From: Verrucomicrobiia bacterium | GTDB lineage: Bacteria; Verrucomicrobiota; Verrucomicrobiia; Palsa-1439 | Assembly: GCA_049510215.1 (NCBI GenBank) | Contig: JBEKZD010000011.1 | Span: 28,151 to 92,150, forward strand | DNA: 64,000 nucleotides | Direction of reading: 5' to 3' | Shown: positions 14,483 to 24,530 of the stretch, in pieces | Position numbering within the stretch: the stretch's first letter is position 1 | Layout of the letters: each line of letters opens with the position of its first letter | The notes under the pieces: model-generated | Database searches by the model: none | Told to the model about the DNA's origin: nothing | Seen by the model: only the letters and a program-made list of their open reading frames with translations | Position numbers and translations under genes: made by a program

Positions 14483-14727
14483 TCGGTCTTGCCCGCCAAC
14501 GACTCTTGGGCCGGCTTGCCCGGCTGTCCCGGTCTTGCTACACTGCGCAGCATGAATCGGCTGCTGCTTGCCCGATGTGGCGGGTTCGGGGAAGACAAAG
14601 GGTATCGGGGTCATGTCTAATTATTCTTCATTCTGACCTGGCGCGCTAACACAACCGGCAATCCTCGTTGATGGAAATCCGCTCATCTGGTTTCATCGGG
14701 GCCGATTCCGGAATGCTTGCGGGGGAC

Positions 14728-14751
14728 TGAACGGGCGGGACGCCCACGCTA
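14728..14751. repeat. single-arm copy of palindromic element (gaacgggcgggacgcccacgctac)
   Basis: matches arm of elements at 1438-1510 and 4661-4728. Confidence 0.5.
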
Positions 14752-14882
14752 CTGTAGCTCAGTCGCTGCTCGCTCCATGAACTGCGGGCCCGAAGAGAGG
14801 CCGAGGGTCGAGGTTCGGCGAAGCGGTCGCCCGGAAACGGCAGAGACTTGCCCTGTGAAACGGGGTGAACGTCCGTTCGCGG

Positions 14883-16103
14883 TTAACTCTTCCCCAGGCC
14901 GAATGCGTCGTGGATGGCACGGGCGGCTTTGTCGGCGTCGGCCAGTTTGATAATCACCGAGATCTTGATCTCGCTGGTGGAGATCATGTCGATGTTAACG
15001 CCGTTGGCGGCCAGCGTCTCAAATATCTTCGCGGCAACGCCGGGATGCGAGCGCATACCGATGCCGACGACCGAGAGTTTGGCAACGGGTTGGGCTTGAG
15101 GTGTCTGCTGGGCGCCCGCGATTTTATTGAGGACAGGAGCCAGAGCTTTGGCGGCGCGGTCTGATTCATTCGCAGGCACAGTGAAAGAGATGTCGGTCCA
15201 ACCGTGAGCGCTTATGTTTTGTATGATGACATCGATGTTAATATTCGCATCGGCAACAGCCCTGAAGATTTGCGCGGCCACACCTGGCCGATCAGGCACT
15301 TCGCGTATGGTGACTTTGGCCTGGTTCTTGTCAACCGCGACGCCGCGGATGACCACATCTTCCATTCTTGCGGTTTCTTCTTTCACGATTGTCCCCGGGT
15401 TGTCGTTAAAACTGCTGCGCACTTCAAACACGACGCCGAATTTCTTGGCAAACTCGACCGAGCGCGCCTGCATCACCTTCGAGCCGAGCGCGGCCAACTC
15501 CAGCATCTCGTCGTAGCTGATTTCCGCGAGCTTGCGCGCGTTGGGCACGATGCGCGGATCGGAAGTATAAACGCCGTCAACGTCGGTGTAAATCTGGCAC
15601 AGATCGGCCTTGATGGCGGCGGCGATGGCAATCGCAGTCAGATCGCTGCCGCCGCGTCCGAGCGTGGTAATCTGACCGTCAGGCGTCTCGCCTTGAAAGC
15701 CCGCGATAGTTACGATGTTTCCGTTGTCGAGAAACTCGTGGACCCGCTTCGGCGTGATATTGGCGATCTTGGCCTTCGTGTGCAGGCCATCGGTGACGAT
15801 GCCGGCCTGCGCGCCGGTCAACGACACGGCCTTGGCGCCAAGCCCGTGCAGCGCCATTGCCAACAAAGCGATGGTGGTCTGTTCGCCCGTCGCGAGTAAC
15901 ACGTCCATCTCGCGTTCGTTCGGTTCGGGATGGACCTCCCTGGCCAGCTTGATGAGCGAGTCGGTCGCGCCGCTCATGGCGGAGACGACGGCGACGACCT
16001 TGTTGCCCTGCTGTTGCGTCGCCAGCACGCGGCGCGCGACGTTCTTGATCCGCTCGGGATTGCCGACTGATGTCCCGCCGTATTTTTGGACAATGACCGC
16101 CAT
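14883..16103 (-). CDS. lysC: aspartate kinase
   Basis: MAVIVQKYGGTSVGNPERIKNVARRV...VVAVVSAMSGATD; ACT domains at C-terminus. Confidence 0.9.
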   Translation of the reverse strand: MAVIVQKYGGTSVGNPERIKNVARRVLATQQQGNKVVAVVSAMSGATDSLIKLAREVHPEPNEREMDVLLATGEQTTIALLAMALHGLGAKAVSLTGAQAGIVTDGLHTKAKIANITPKRVHEFLDNGNIVTIAGFQGETPDGQITTLGRGGSDLTAIAIAAAIKADLCQIYTDVDGVYTSDPRIVPNARKLAEISYDEMLELAALGSKVMQARSVEFAKKFGVVFEVRSSFNDNPGTIVKEETARMEDVVIRGVAVDKNQAKVTIREVPDRPGVAAQIFRAVADANINIDVIIQNISAHGWTDISFTVPANESDRAAKALAPVLNKIAGAQQTPQAQPVAKLSVVGIGMRSHPGVAAKIFETLAANGVNIDMISTSEIKISVIIKLADADKAARAIHDAFGLGKS

Positions 16104-16199
16104 GGTGTTTCTTCCACCCTAAATCCGAATATCGAAATCCGAAATCCGAAACAAATTCGAATGAACGGAATTCATCCGGAAATCCACCTTCCCGTCTTT

Positions 16200-16311
16200 G
16201 TCATTCTGAGCGAAGCGAAACCGCTGCGGGCCATCTGTCGTTCGATGGCAAATCTCTGGTGTTGCCCCGGTTTCCCAAACGACCGAGACCCTTCGCTAAG
16301 CTCAGGGTGAC
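16200..16311. repeat. hairpin element family B (second copy) in lysC leader region
   Basis: gtcattctgagcgaagcgaa ... ccttcgctaagctcagggtgac flanking about 70-nt loop; compare 5383-5449. Confidence 0.55.
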
Positions 16312-16471
16312 AGCCCAAGTAGCTTTCAGGATGGGTTCCAAAACCTAAAATCGTTACTGGACGTCCTTTCATCTTTGCCCTTTTTGCAGCTTCGTGTTTG
16401 CCTCGGATTTCGTATTTCGGGTTTACGCTCCAATTACCTTGAGCGCTGCCTCAGTGTTCGCCAGGTGCTCA

Positions 16472-17845
16472 CTACTCAAAACTCTCCACGCGGATAACGA
16501 TGGTCTTGTCTTTCACGATGGGCAGTCGGTCGATCTCAGCCACCGCGTCGCGCACGGCGCGGTCTTTCGCTGTGTGCAGCATGAAGATGAGCGGAATCCC
16601 GCCCGCGGCGGGACTCGGCGGCTGGCCCCGACACTCGTGTCGGGGCTGGCCGGGCTTTGGGTCCGGCGCTTCACGCTGCAGCACGGATGCAATGCTGATG
16701 TCGGTATCGCCCAGCACCTTCGATACCTTGGCGATGACGCCCGAGCGATCCTCGACGGTGAGCCGCAGATAGTAGCGCGATTCGACATCATCAATGGTTC
16801 GCAAGCGCGCGTGCAGTCTGTGCGAGACAAACGCCGGCACGCGCTGAATGCTTCCGAACTTCAGATTGAGCGCCGCATCGGCCAGATCAGCAATCACCGC
16901 GCTCGATGTCGCATCCGCGCCGGCGCCGCGACCGTAGAACATCGTATCACCAACGACATCGCCACGCACGACCACGCCATTGAACACGCCGCTGACACTG
17001 GCGAGGACGTGATTGCGCGGGATCAGCGTTGGATGCACGCGGACTTCGACGGGGGCGGAGTCGGAAGTGTCTGCACTCTTGATGATCATCAGCATCTTGA
17101 CCACGTAGCCAAGCTCGCGGGCAATCTCAATATCTTGCCGGGTGACGTGGCGGATTCCTTCGACGTAGGTATTTTCAAAACCCGTCCAGAAACCGTGCGC
17201 CAGCGACGCGAGGATGGTCGCCTTGTGGGCCGAATCGCCGCCGTCGACGTCCAGCGACGGATCAGCTTCGGCGTAGCCCAGTTTTTGCGCCTCGGCCAGC
17301 ACTTCGTCAAAATCTTTTCCTTCGGCGGTCATGCGCGAGAGGATGTAATTGCAGGTGCCGTTGACGATGCCGTAGATGAGCGGGAAACGGTTGGCGACGA
17401 AACCTTCGCGCAAGGCCTTGATGATCGGGATGCCGCCGCAGACGCTGGCTTCGTAGAAGACGTTGGTGGAATTCTTCGCTGCGGCGGCAAAGATTTCCTC
17501 GCCATGATGAGCGAGGAGTGCCTTGTTGGCAGTCACGACGACCTTGCCGCGAGCGAGTGCATCGAGAATGATAGTTTTCGCGAAGCCGGTTCCGCCCACG
17601 AGTTCGATGACGACGTGCACGTCGGGGTCGCGGAGCACGGTTTGTGCGTCGGGAGTCAAAGTGTTCGCAGGGATCGGCAGGTTTTTCAGCTTGGATTCAT
17701 CCTTGTCGCAAACCCATTTGAGATTGATGCGCATGCCAAGCCGGTCGGCAATGAGGTCCGCGTTGCGAGTGAGATTCTTCACCACCCCGCCGCCTACGAT
17801 GCCGGCGCCGATCAAACCGATGTTTAGTTGTGACGCTTTCTCCAT
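16472..17845 (-). CDS. hom: homoserine dehydrogenase
   Basis: N-terminal NAD-binding LIGAGIVGGGVV, catalytic domain, C-terminal ACT domain; 457 aa. Confidence 0.9.
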   Translation of the reverse strand: MEKASQLNIGLIGAGIVGGGVVKNLTRNADLIADRLGMRINLKWVCDKDESKLKNLPIPANTLTPDAQTVLRDPDVHVVIELVGGTGFAKTIILDALARGKVVVTANKALLAHHGEEIFAAAAKNSTNVFYEASVCGGIPIIKALREGFVANRFPLIYGIVNGTCNYILSRMTAEGKDFDEVLAEAQKLGYAEADPSLDVDGGDSAHKATILASLAHGFWTGFENTYVEGIRHVTRQDIEIARELGYVVKMLMIIKSADTSDSAPVEVRVHPTLIPRNHVLASVSGVFNGVVVRGDVVGDTMFYGRGAGADATSSAVIADLADAALNLKFGSIQRVPAFVSHRLHARLRTIDDVESRYYLRLTVEDRSGVIAKVSKVLGDTDISIASVLQREAPDPKPGQPRHECRGQPPSPAAGGIPLIFMLHTAKDRAVRDAVAEIDRLPIVKDKTIVIRVESFE

Positions 17846-18037
17846 GAAGAAATGCCTTGCAATCAGGGCAGCCAGTGTACCGGCAGCTTCGAGCTTTGTC
17901 TAGCCCTTCGCTTGCGTTGTCTGAATTCGCAGCCGGGGTGGTCGGTGGGCATCGTCAGACGCAGGAATCCGCACGGGACACACCTCTCAAACACGCGTCC
18001 CGCGCGCGGAACGCCTGGCGTGCGTCACGCGACCCGA

Positions 18038-18367
18038 TTAAGCCTGTGGCTGCGCGCGAGGTTCATGAGGCTCGCTGCCGCTCCGATCAGCGCGAGGCCC
18101 ACGGCTCTGACGCGGCTCCGTGGGGCGAGCTTCGTTGATGGTCAACGCGCGGCCGTCGAGTTCCTTGCCGTTCAGGCCGTCGATGACGGCCTGGGCTTCT
18201 GCGTCGGTGGCCATTTCGGCGAACCCAAACCCGCGCGAGCGATTCGTGTAGCGGTCGGTCTTGATTTCAACGGCCGTACATTTGCCGCCGAGCGATTGAA
18301 GATGGGCGGTGAGAGCTTCCTGAGTTGTCTGGAAGGATAAATTCCCGATGTAGAGGCGCTTTGCCAT
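18038..18367 (-). CDS. RNA-binding protein (RRM domain)
   Basis: RNP motifs LYIGNLSF and RGFGFAEM; 109 aa. Confidence 0.8.
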   Translation of the reverse strand: MAKRLYIGNLSFQTTQEALTAHLQSLGGKCTAVEIKTDRYTNRSRGFGFAEMATDAEAQAVIDGLNGKELDGRALTINEARPTEPRQSRGPRADRSGSEPHEPRAQPQA

Positions 18368-18449
18368 AGCGGGTAGATCCTTTCGTTAATGCAGTTTTGC
18401 TGAAGAAATACTACGCACGGCCAGCGGCAGAGCGCAAGCGCATTTTACT

Positions 18450-19634
18450 TTACTCAAGGCCACGCACGAACTTCCCGATCCGCTCGACCGCTTTCTCCAA
18501 ATCTGTCATCGCGGTACAAAAGCTGGCGCGCACGTATCCTTCACCGCCCGGGCCGAAAGCATCGCCCGGCACGACTGCGACGCGCTGCTGCTCCAGCAAC
18601 TGCACTGCGAATTCGCGCGACGTGAGTCCCGTGCCCTGGATGGATGGGAACGCGTAAAACGATCCCTCGGGCAGATGACACGGCAGGCCGATTTCGTTGA
18701 GCGATTTCACGATGAAGTTGCGGCGGAGCCGGTACTGCTCGCGCATCGTGACAACGTCTTCGGCGCCGTGCAGGAGCGCTTCGAGGGCGGCCTCCTGACT
18801 GATGATGGACGCGCACAGCATCGAGTATTGGTGCACGCGCAACATCGCTTCCGTCAGCGCCGGCGGCGCGCAGGCGTAGCCGATGCGAAAACCGGTCATC
18901 GCAAACGCCTTCGAAAACCCGTGCAGAAAAACGGTGCGCTCCTTCATTTCCGGCAACGCCGCGATGGAGCAGTGCTCTTCTGAGTAGGTTAACTCGCTGT
19001 AAATCTCGTCGGTGAGCACCAGCAAGTCGTTCTCGATGCAGACGCGCGCGATCTTCTCCAATTCGTCGCGGCTCAGCGTCGCGCCCGTCGGATTCGTCGG
19101 GAAATTGAGCATGATGGCTTTGCAGCGCGGCGTGACAGCCGCGGCAATGTCCTCCGCGCGCAGGGAGAATCGCGCATCGGCACTCGTTCGGATTGGTTTC
19201 GCGATCCCGTGAACCAGCCGAACACTGGGATGATAGGACACGTAACACGGTTCGTGATAGAGAACCTCGTCGCCCGGATTGATTACGGCGCGCAGCGCGA
19301 TGTCCAGCGCCTCGCTCACGCCAACGGTGACCAGGATTTCCCTGTTCGGATCGTAGCTGACGTGAAAGTGATTGCGAACATACTCCGCGATGGCGCGCCG
19401 CAGCTTCATCAACCCGAAGTTCGACGTGTACCCTGTCTTGCCTTGTTCCAGTGCGTAGATGGCCGCCTCACGAATATGCCACGGTGTGACGAACCCCGGC
19501 TCGCCAATACCCAGCGAGATCACGTTATCCATCGACTGCACGATGTCGAAGAAGTCCCGAATCCCCGAACGCGGAATCCCGCGCACGTGATCGGCTACAA
19601 AGTCGCGTTTCGTGGTTGGCGGCTGTTTCGACAT
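18450..19634 (-). CDS. pyridoxal phosphate-dependent class I aminotransferase (AspC family)
   Basis: ORF extends to 19715 but conserved N-terminus starts MSKQPPTTKRDFVADHVRGIPRSGIRDF; PLP lysine context FSKAFAMTGFRIGY. Confidence 0.8.
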   Translation of the reverse strand: MSKQPPTTKRDFVADHVRGIPRSGIRDFFDIVQSMDNVISLGIGEPGFVTPWHIREAAIYALEQGKTGYTSNFGLMKLRRAIAEYVRNHFHVSYDPNREILVTVGVSEALDIALRAVINPGDEVLYHEPCYVSYHPSVRLVHGIAKPIRTSADARFSLRAEDIAAAVTPRCKAIMLNFPTNPTGATLSRDELEKIARVCIENDLLVLTDEIYSELTYSEEHCSIAALPEMKERTVFLHGFSKAFAMTGFRIGYACAPPALTEAMLRVHQYSMLCASIISQEAALEALLHGAEDVVTMREQYRLRRNFIVKSLNEIGLPCHLPEGSFYAFPSIQGTGLTSREFAVQLLEQQRVAVVPGDAFGPGGEGYVRASFCTAMTDLEKAVERIGKFVRGLE

Positions 19635-19916
19635 GCGGCGCATGCTACCAGCGAATCCGGCAAAAAGCCAAGAAAAGCTCGAAAAACTTCTTGCGCTTCG
19701 GAAAGGGTGTGTCAATCATCCGGGCAGATGCGTAGTGACGTTCACAGCAGGAAAATCAGGATGGTTCCTGATGGACGGGCTGATTTGGTCAAGGGTGAGA
19801 AGTGCGACGGGTGCAGGGAACCGGGAGCAACGGAGTTCCTGCCGTCGGTGATCGCAGAGCGCGTTGCGGCCAAATCCAAACAAAATTCAGACGAACGCCG
19901 GAAGGGAGCCTGAGCG

Positions 19917-20678
19917 ATGCCTCTCAAAACAGTGCGATACGGCTGGGTGCCCGACCTGCCTGATCAACGCGATCATCTTTACGCCGCGCCGGTGGAAACA
20001 CTGGCTGCGCTTCCGCCGCGCGCGGACCTGCGTCCGCAATGTCCGCCCGTGTACGACCAGGGTCAGTTGGGCAGTTGCACGGCGAACGCGATTGCTGCGG
20101 CCATCGAGTTTGATCGTCTGAAGCAAACACTGTCCGATTTCATGCCGTCACGGTTGTTCATCTACTACAACGAGCGCGCGATGGAGCACACGGTGAATTC
20201 CGACAGCGGCGCGCAGATCCGCGACGGCATCAAGAGCGTTGGAAAACAGGGCGATTGTCCCGAACCAGAGTGGCCGTACGTCATTGCGAAATTCAGGACG
20301 GAGCCGCCGGCACGATGTTACCGCGACGCGGTCACGCACGCGGCGGTGTTGTATCAGCGGCTCACGCCCATCGCCAATCAACTCAAGGGCTGTCTGGCGT
20401 CCGGTTATCCATTCGTATTTGGGTTCACGGTGTACGAAAGCTTCGAGAGTGCGCAAGTCGCCAAGACCGGCCACGTCGGGATGCCCAAGTCCAACGAGCA
20501 AGTCGTAGGCGGCCACGCCGTCGTGGCGGTCGGCTACGACGAGGCGAAACAGTGGTTCCTCATCCGCAACTCGTGGGGCGCGCGCTGGGGCCTGAAAGGT
20601 TATTTCACCATGCCCTACGCGTACCTGACCGATCGCAATCTCGCGGATGATTTCTGGACGATTCGCGTGGTGGAATGA
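19917..20678 (+). CDS. papain-like (C1) cysteine peptidase without signal peptide
   Basis: QGQLGSCTANA (Cys), GGHAVVAVGYDE (His), IRNSWGARWGLKGYF (Asn/Trp); no N-terminal signal peptide. Confidence 0.7.
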   Translation: MPLKTVRYGWVPDLPDQRDHLYAAPVETLAALPPRADLRPQCPPVYDQGQLGSCTANAIAAAIEFDRLKQTLSDFMPSRLFIYYNERAMEHTVNSDSGAQIRDGIKSVGKQGDCPEPEWPYVIAKFRTEPPARCYRDAVTHAAVLYQRLTPIANQLKGCLASGYPFVFGFTVYESFESAQVAKTGHVGMPKSNEQVVGGHAVVAVGYDEAKQWFLIRNSWGARWGLKGYFTMPYAYLTDRNLADDFWTIRVVE

Positions 20679-20709
20679 AACCGGTGGACAGCACCGGGGA
20701 GAAACTGCG

Positions 20710-21042
20710 ATGAGCCTTCGTGATCTGAGGCCGTGTCGTTTGCGGACGCCGCGAGCGCTGGCCGTGTGCCTGATCGCCGGTGTGTTAACTGTCGGTTGTC
20801 GGACGATTCGTCCCGAAAACGTCGAGGCGTTCTCGACAGGCGTGTCTGGCGCTCGTGCCCAAACGCTGCTGGCATTTCAGGGAGTCACGGACCTGACCAG
20901 CCCGGCGATCATTGACTATGCTGCCTCCCGGCCGACGTTGAGCGACGCCAACTTCTTTGTGGTTCTGGACCCGAGTCCGTCGCAGCATGGGAGCAGGTTT
21001 TCTCGACGCTGGAGAAGTACAGCCAACATCTGGCGCTGCTGA
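20710..21042 (+). CDS. putative lipoprotein (possibly 5' part of a frameshifted gene continuing in 21087-21644)
   Basis: MSLRDLRPCRLRTPRALAVCLIAGVLTVGC lipobox; protein-like sequence continues in another frame from about 20916 with no ATG/GTG start. Confidence 0.35.
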   Translation: MSLRDLRPCRLRTPRALAVCLIAGVLTVGCRTIRPENVEAFSTGVSGARAQTLLAFQGVTDLTSPAIIDYAASRPTLSDANFFVVLDPSPSQHGSRFSRRWRSTANIWRC

Positions 21043-21086
21043 CCTCGCGCGATCTGACCAAGGAATTCAAGGATTCCGCAGTCGAG

Positions 21087-21644
21087 TTGGCTCAGCAAGT
21101 TCAAGACACCGGCAAACAACTCCAGAACGCACATTTGATCGAGCAGGCACCGGAGGTATCGGCATCGATCGCCACGGGGCTGACGAAGATCGGGGATTTG
21201 TTGCTGAAAGCCAAGGCCCAGTCGGAAGCTCGAGTCATCGTCCAGCAAGCTGATCCCACGATTGGGAAGGTCTTTGCGGAAATGGCCGAAGTCGTCGGTG
21301 CCAATCGGACCACTGGCATCCGTGGGACAGTCTTTGAGCATTGGGAGCAAATTAAAGGCAGGACCAAGGTCGACTTCGTGAAGGCCGTCGCCGAACACGA
21401 TGAGGCGCGACGGCGCAACCTCGCGATGCAGTACGCCCACGAGATGAACCAGCAACAGGCTCAAGATCTGGTGTTGGCCTCATTGCGCAGGTCATTTCTG
21501 GCGCTGGCGGACGCGCATCATGCGCTGGCAAATGGAGACGAGGTTGGCGTCGGCGCCGCCATCGCGATTGTTAGTGACGAGGTGCGCGACACGCGCAGCC
21601 TCTACGACAAGTTCAAGGCTGCCACGAAGGACGACAAGAAATAA
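21087..21644 (+). CDS. hypothetical protein (TTG start; possibly 3' part of frameshifted gene with 20710-21042)
   Basis: 185-aa helical ORF; in-frame coding-like sequence extends upstream to 20916 without a start codon. Confidence 0.4.
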   Translation: MAQQVQDTGKQLQNAHLIEQAPEVSASIATGLTKIGDLLLKAKAQSEARVIVQQADPTIGKVFAEMAEVVGANRTTGIRGTVFEHWEQIKGRTKVDFVKAVAEHDEARRRNLAMQYAHEMNQQQAQDLVLASLRRSFLALADAHHALANGDEVGVGAAIAIVSDEVRDTRSLYDKFKAATKDDKK

Positions 21645-21671
21645 TTCAAACCCACACGCTCGGAGGGCGCT

Positions 21672-22016
21672 ATGAATGACGATCTGAAAGCGTTACACAG
21701 CCTGTTGCTGGCTCAACATCGAGCTCTGTCAGACAAACTGGGCCGGGAGACGGATCCCGACAAAGCGGAGGCGATTCTAACCGAGATGCAAGAGATCCTT
21801 CACCGGATCGATCTCGTGCAAGGTCTCTTGTTCCGCCGAAGCACCAAGGGGTTGACCAATGCGCTGGCCGATGTCCAATCGGCGGACACAGAGCTGACCA
21901 AGGCAATCCGACACATCAAGGACGTGGCGAGTTTTGTGAAAGCGGTGGCCGATTTTCTGAAATACGTGGACGAAGCCATCGACATCGCGAAGACGCTGGC
22001 GCCGCTTGCCCCCTGA
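21672..22016 (+). CDS. hypothetical alpha-helical protein
   Basis: 114-aa ORF with GGAGGG 7 nt upstream of ATG. Confidence 0.5.
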   Translation: MNDDLKALHSLLLAQHRALSDKLGRETDPDKAEAILTEMQEILHRIDLVQGLLFRRSTKGLTNALADVQSADTELTKAIRHIKDVASFVKAVADFLKYVDEAIDIAKTLAPLAP

Positions 22017-22054
22017 ATCGGTTGATGTAATGGAAGCTGAAGCCGTCCGTGCGG

Positions 22055-22192
22055 ATTCTCGGCGCAGGCGTTGCGTAGGCTCTTGACCTCCGTGCCTTTC
22101 AACTCGATGCCCGGTTCATACGTCTCGTTTATGAAGTAATCGCGGCTGGACTTGTGGTTGTGAATCGCCGACGGCATTGCATTCACCAGCAT
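22055..22192 (-). pseudogene. fragment duplicating the 5' about 135 nt of smpB
   Basis: encodes [32 protein letters not shown]; DNA about 85% identical to 24850-24985 (smpB start); then diverges. Confidence 0.65.
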
Positions 22193-22264
22193 AGCCGAAA
22201 TCTGTCCACAGAGCGGTTATATCGAACCGGTACGAAAAACAAGCTTTGATAGAGGCGGAACTAA

Positions 22265-24445
22265 GTGATTGATCTATCGTCTTACTTCGGAGAAGTTCTC
22301 ACCGTGAGCGACGCGAAACAATCACCGGTAATCTCTGGTCCCGTGGACGGGCTGGCGCCGGTGGGTAATTCTGCTGCGCCTCCAGCCGAATTGGAGTTGT
22401 TCGTCGCGAGCGTAGTGGCGCTGTTTTTGGAAGTCGCCTTTATTCGCTGGGTGCCAGCCTACGAGCGGGTGCTGGGGTACTTTACGAACTTCGTGCTCAT
22501 CGCGGTGTTTCTTGGCCTGGGGCTGGGAGCGATGCTGGCACGGCGGCGGCGGGAGTTGATCCGGTACCAACCGATGCTCGTGCTGGGATTGGTCGTGGTG
22601 GCGGTCCTGTTTCAACGCTACGTGAAAACCTTCGGCGCGCGCGGCGACGTTTTCTACACGGATTGGTCGCGGCAGGCTAAGGTGTCGTTGCTGTTGGTGG
22701 AATGCCTGGCTTTTTTCTTCCTGCTGATCGCGGTCGTGTTCGTGCCGCTGGGACAGAAGATCGGTAAGGGCTTGGCCGCAGTTTCGTCGCCGCTGAAAGC
22801 GTACACTCTCAACATTCTTGGCAGCCTGGCGGGGGTGGTGGCGTTCACACTCATGTCGGTTCTCGAACTCACCCCGTGGTGGTGGTTTCTGGCGGCAGTG
22901 GCGGGGTTGTTGTGGTTGGCGCGGCGCGAGCGGCGCATGTGGCAGGCCAACGCGTTGGTCAGTGCGCTGACAGTGGCGATCGTGTGGTGGGCAGGCACGG
23001 ATTACATCTGGTCGCCCTATAACAAATTGACGGTGCGTCCCATCGAGGCGCCATCTGGTGACGAGGGGCAGCCGGTCAAGCCGCGGGACATTCCCGCGCT
23101 CGCGCGAACGCAGGGATTCAGTTTAGCGGTCAATGACGACTGGTTCCAAGTTGCCAGGAACTTGTCCCCGTCCAGTGTGCAGACGCATCCAGAAAACACG
23201 AATGACCTGGCCCATTACGATTTGCCTTACAACATTGGGCGCCACTACGACGACGTGCTGGTGGTGGGCGCGGGGACGGGGAACGATGTGGCAGCCGCAC
23301 TGCGCCACGGGGCACGCCATGTGGACGCGGTGGAGATCGATCCGGCCATTGCGCAACTCGGCAGAATCGCGCATCCCGAGGCGCCGTACCGTGATCCCCG
23401 AGTCCGGGTTATTGTGGACGATGCGCGCTCGTATTTCAACAAGACCGACCGCAAGTACGATCTCATTGTCTTTGGCCTTCTGGACTCGCACCGCTTGTTC
23501 TCCGGCATGTCTTCGGTTCGGCTCGATTCGTTTGTGTACACGGTGGAGAGCTTCCGCGAGGCCGGCAGCCTGCTGAACAGCAACGGCTTGTTGTGCGTCC
23601 AGCACGGGCTGGGAATTGATTACATGCCCCCTCGGCTCTACCTGATGCTCGCCGTAGCCTCTGGGATACGGCCCCTCATGATCGGCACTGAAGCCATGCC
23701 AACTTTTCTGGCTGGACCGGGCCTTCTGGAATACAAAGATCGGCCCCCGCCAGTAGAGGTGCCGATGGTGGCGCTCGCGACTGACGACTGGCCCTTCTTT
23801 TACATGGAAGGCCCGCAAATGCCGCCGGAGTATCGCACGGCATTGGAGGCAATGTTGCTTCTTGCGCTGCTCTCGCTGCTGGTCTGCTCCGAGGGCCAAA
23901 TGCGGGGCCTCGACCGCCACTCCTTCCACTTCTTTTTTCTGGGAGCCGCGTTTCTGCTGATCGAGACGGTAAGCGTCACACGGTTCGCACTCCTGTTCGG
24001 GTCAACCTGGATCGTCAACTCGATCGTGTTCGCGGCCATTTTGCTGGTGGTGCTGCTGGCCAATCTCTGCACAATCCGGGTCGCGCGGATTCACACTGCG
24101 GCTCTGTACCTGCTGCTGGCCGGTGCCATTTTCGTGAATTTCGAATTCCCTCTGCACTGCCTTCTGTCCGGGCCCTTGGGTCTGCGACTGCTCGCCGCAG
24201 TGGTGTTGATGGGGGCGCCGATTTTCTTCGCCGCCCTGATCTTTGCCCGTTCCTTCAAGGAAACGACGACGCCCGAGCTGGCGTTTGCTTCAAATCTTCT
24301 GGGCGCCGTGGTGGGGGGACTGACCGAATACAGTTCCCTAGTAATCGGCTTTCGGTACCAACTGGCGATCGCCTTGGGAATGTACGCGCTCTCTTACTTG
24401 GCGCTGATCGGGCAGTCTAGAAGGCGGGTTCCCGCCACCGTGTGA
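22265..24445 (+). CDS. polytopic membrane protein with internal spermidine-synthase-like (class I MTase fold) domain
   Basis: multiple TM helices N- and C-terminally; central VLVVGAGTGNDVAAALRHGARHVDAVEIDPAIAQLG...DLIVFGLLDSH. Confidence 0.65.
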   Translation: MIDLSSYFGEVLTVSDAKQSPVISGPVDGLAPVGNSAAPPAELELFVASVVALFLEVAFIRWVPAYERVLGYFTNFVLIAVFLGLGLGAMLARRRRELIRYQPMLVLGLVVVAVLFQRYVKTFGARGDVFYTDWSRQAKVSLLLVECLAFFFLLIAVVFVPLGQKIGKGLAAVSSPLKAYTLNILGSLAGVVAFTLMSVLELTPWWWFLAAVAGLLWLARRERRMWQANALVSALTVAIVWWAGTDYIWSPYNKLTVRPIEAPSGDEGQPVKPRDIPALARTQGFSLAVNDDWFQVARNLSPSSVQTHPENTNDLAHYDLPYNIGRHYDDVLVVGAGTGNDVAAALRHGARHVDAVEIDPAIAQLGRIAHPEAPYRDPRVRVIVDDARSYFNKTDRKYDLIVFGLLDSHRLFSGMSSVRLDSFVYTVESFREAGSLLNSNGLLCVQHGLGIDYMPPRLYLMLAVASGIRPLMIGTEAMPTFLAGPGLLEYKDRPPPVEVPMVALATDDWPFFYMEGPQMPPEYRTALEAMLLLALLSLLVCSEGQMRGLDRHSFHFFFLGAAFLLIETVSVTRFALLFGSTWIVNSIVFAAILLVVLLANLCTIRVARIHTAALYLLLAGAIFVNFEFPLHCLLSGPLGLRLLAAVVLMGAPIFFAALIFARSFKETTTPELAFASNLLGAVVGGLTEYSSLVIGFRYQLAIALGMYALSYLALIGQSRRRVPATV

Positions 24446-24530
24446 CGCGGGCAACGGTCAAATTTGGAGTCACCTCCCCGGGAATTCAGTTAGCTGCGGC
24501 GCTACTTGCGAGGGTCGAAGATGCCCTCGG

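Noticed and set aside
14740-14790. tRNA-like string gtagctcagtcg
   Set aside because: No cloverleaf can be built (no TPsiC GTTCGAATC motif, no acceptor stem complementarity). It overlaps a palindromic element arm.
16104-16471. Lysine riboswitch in the 370-nt lysC leader
   Set aside because: Could not confirm L-box conserved helices by eye; the leader instead contains a hairpin repeat element and an aaatccgaa microsatellite. Left as unverified.
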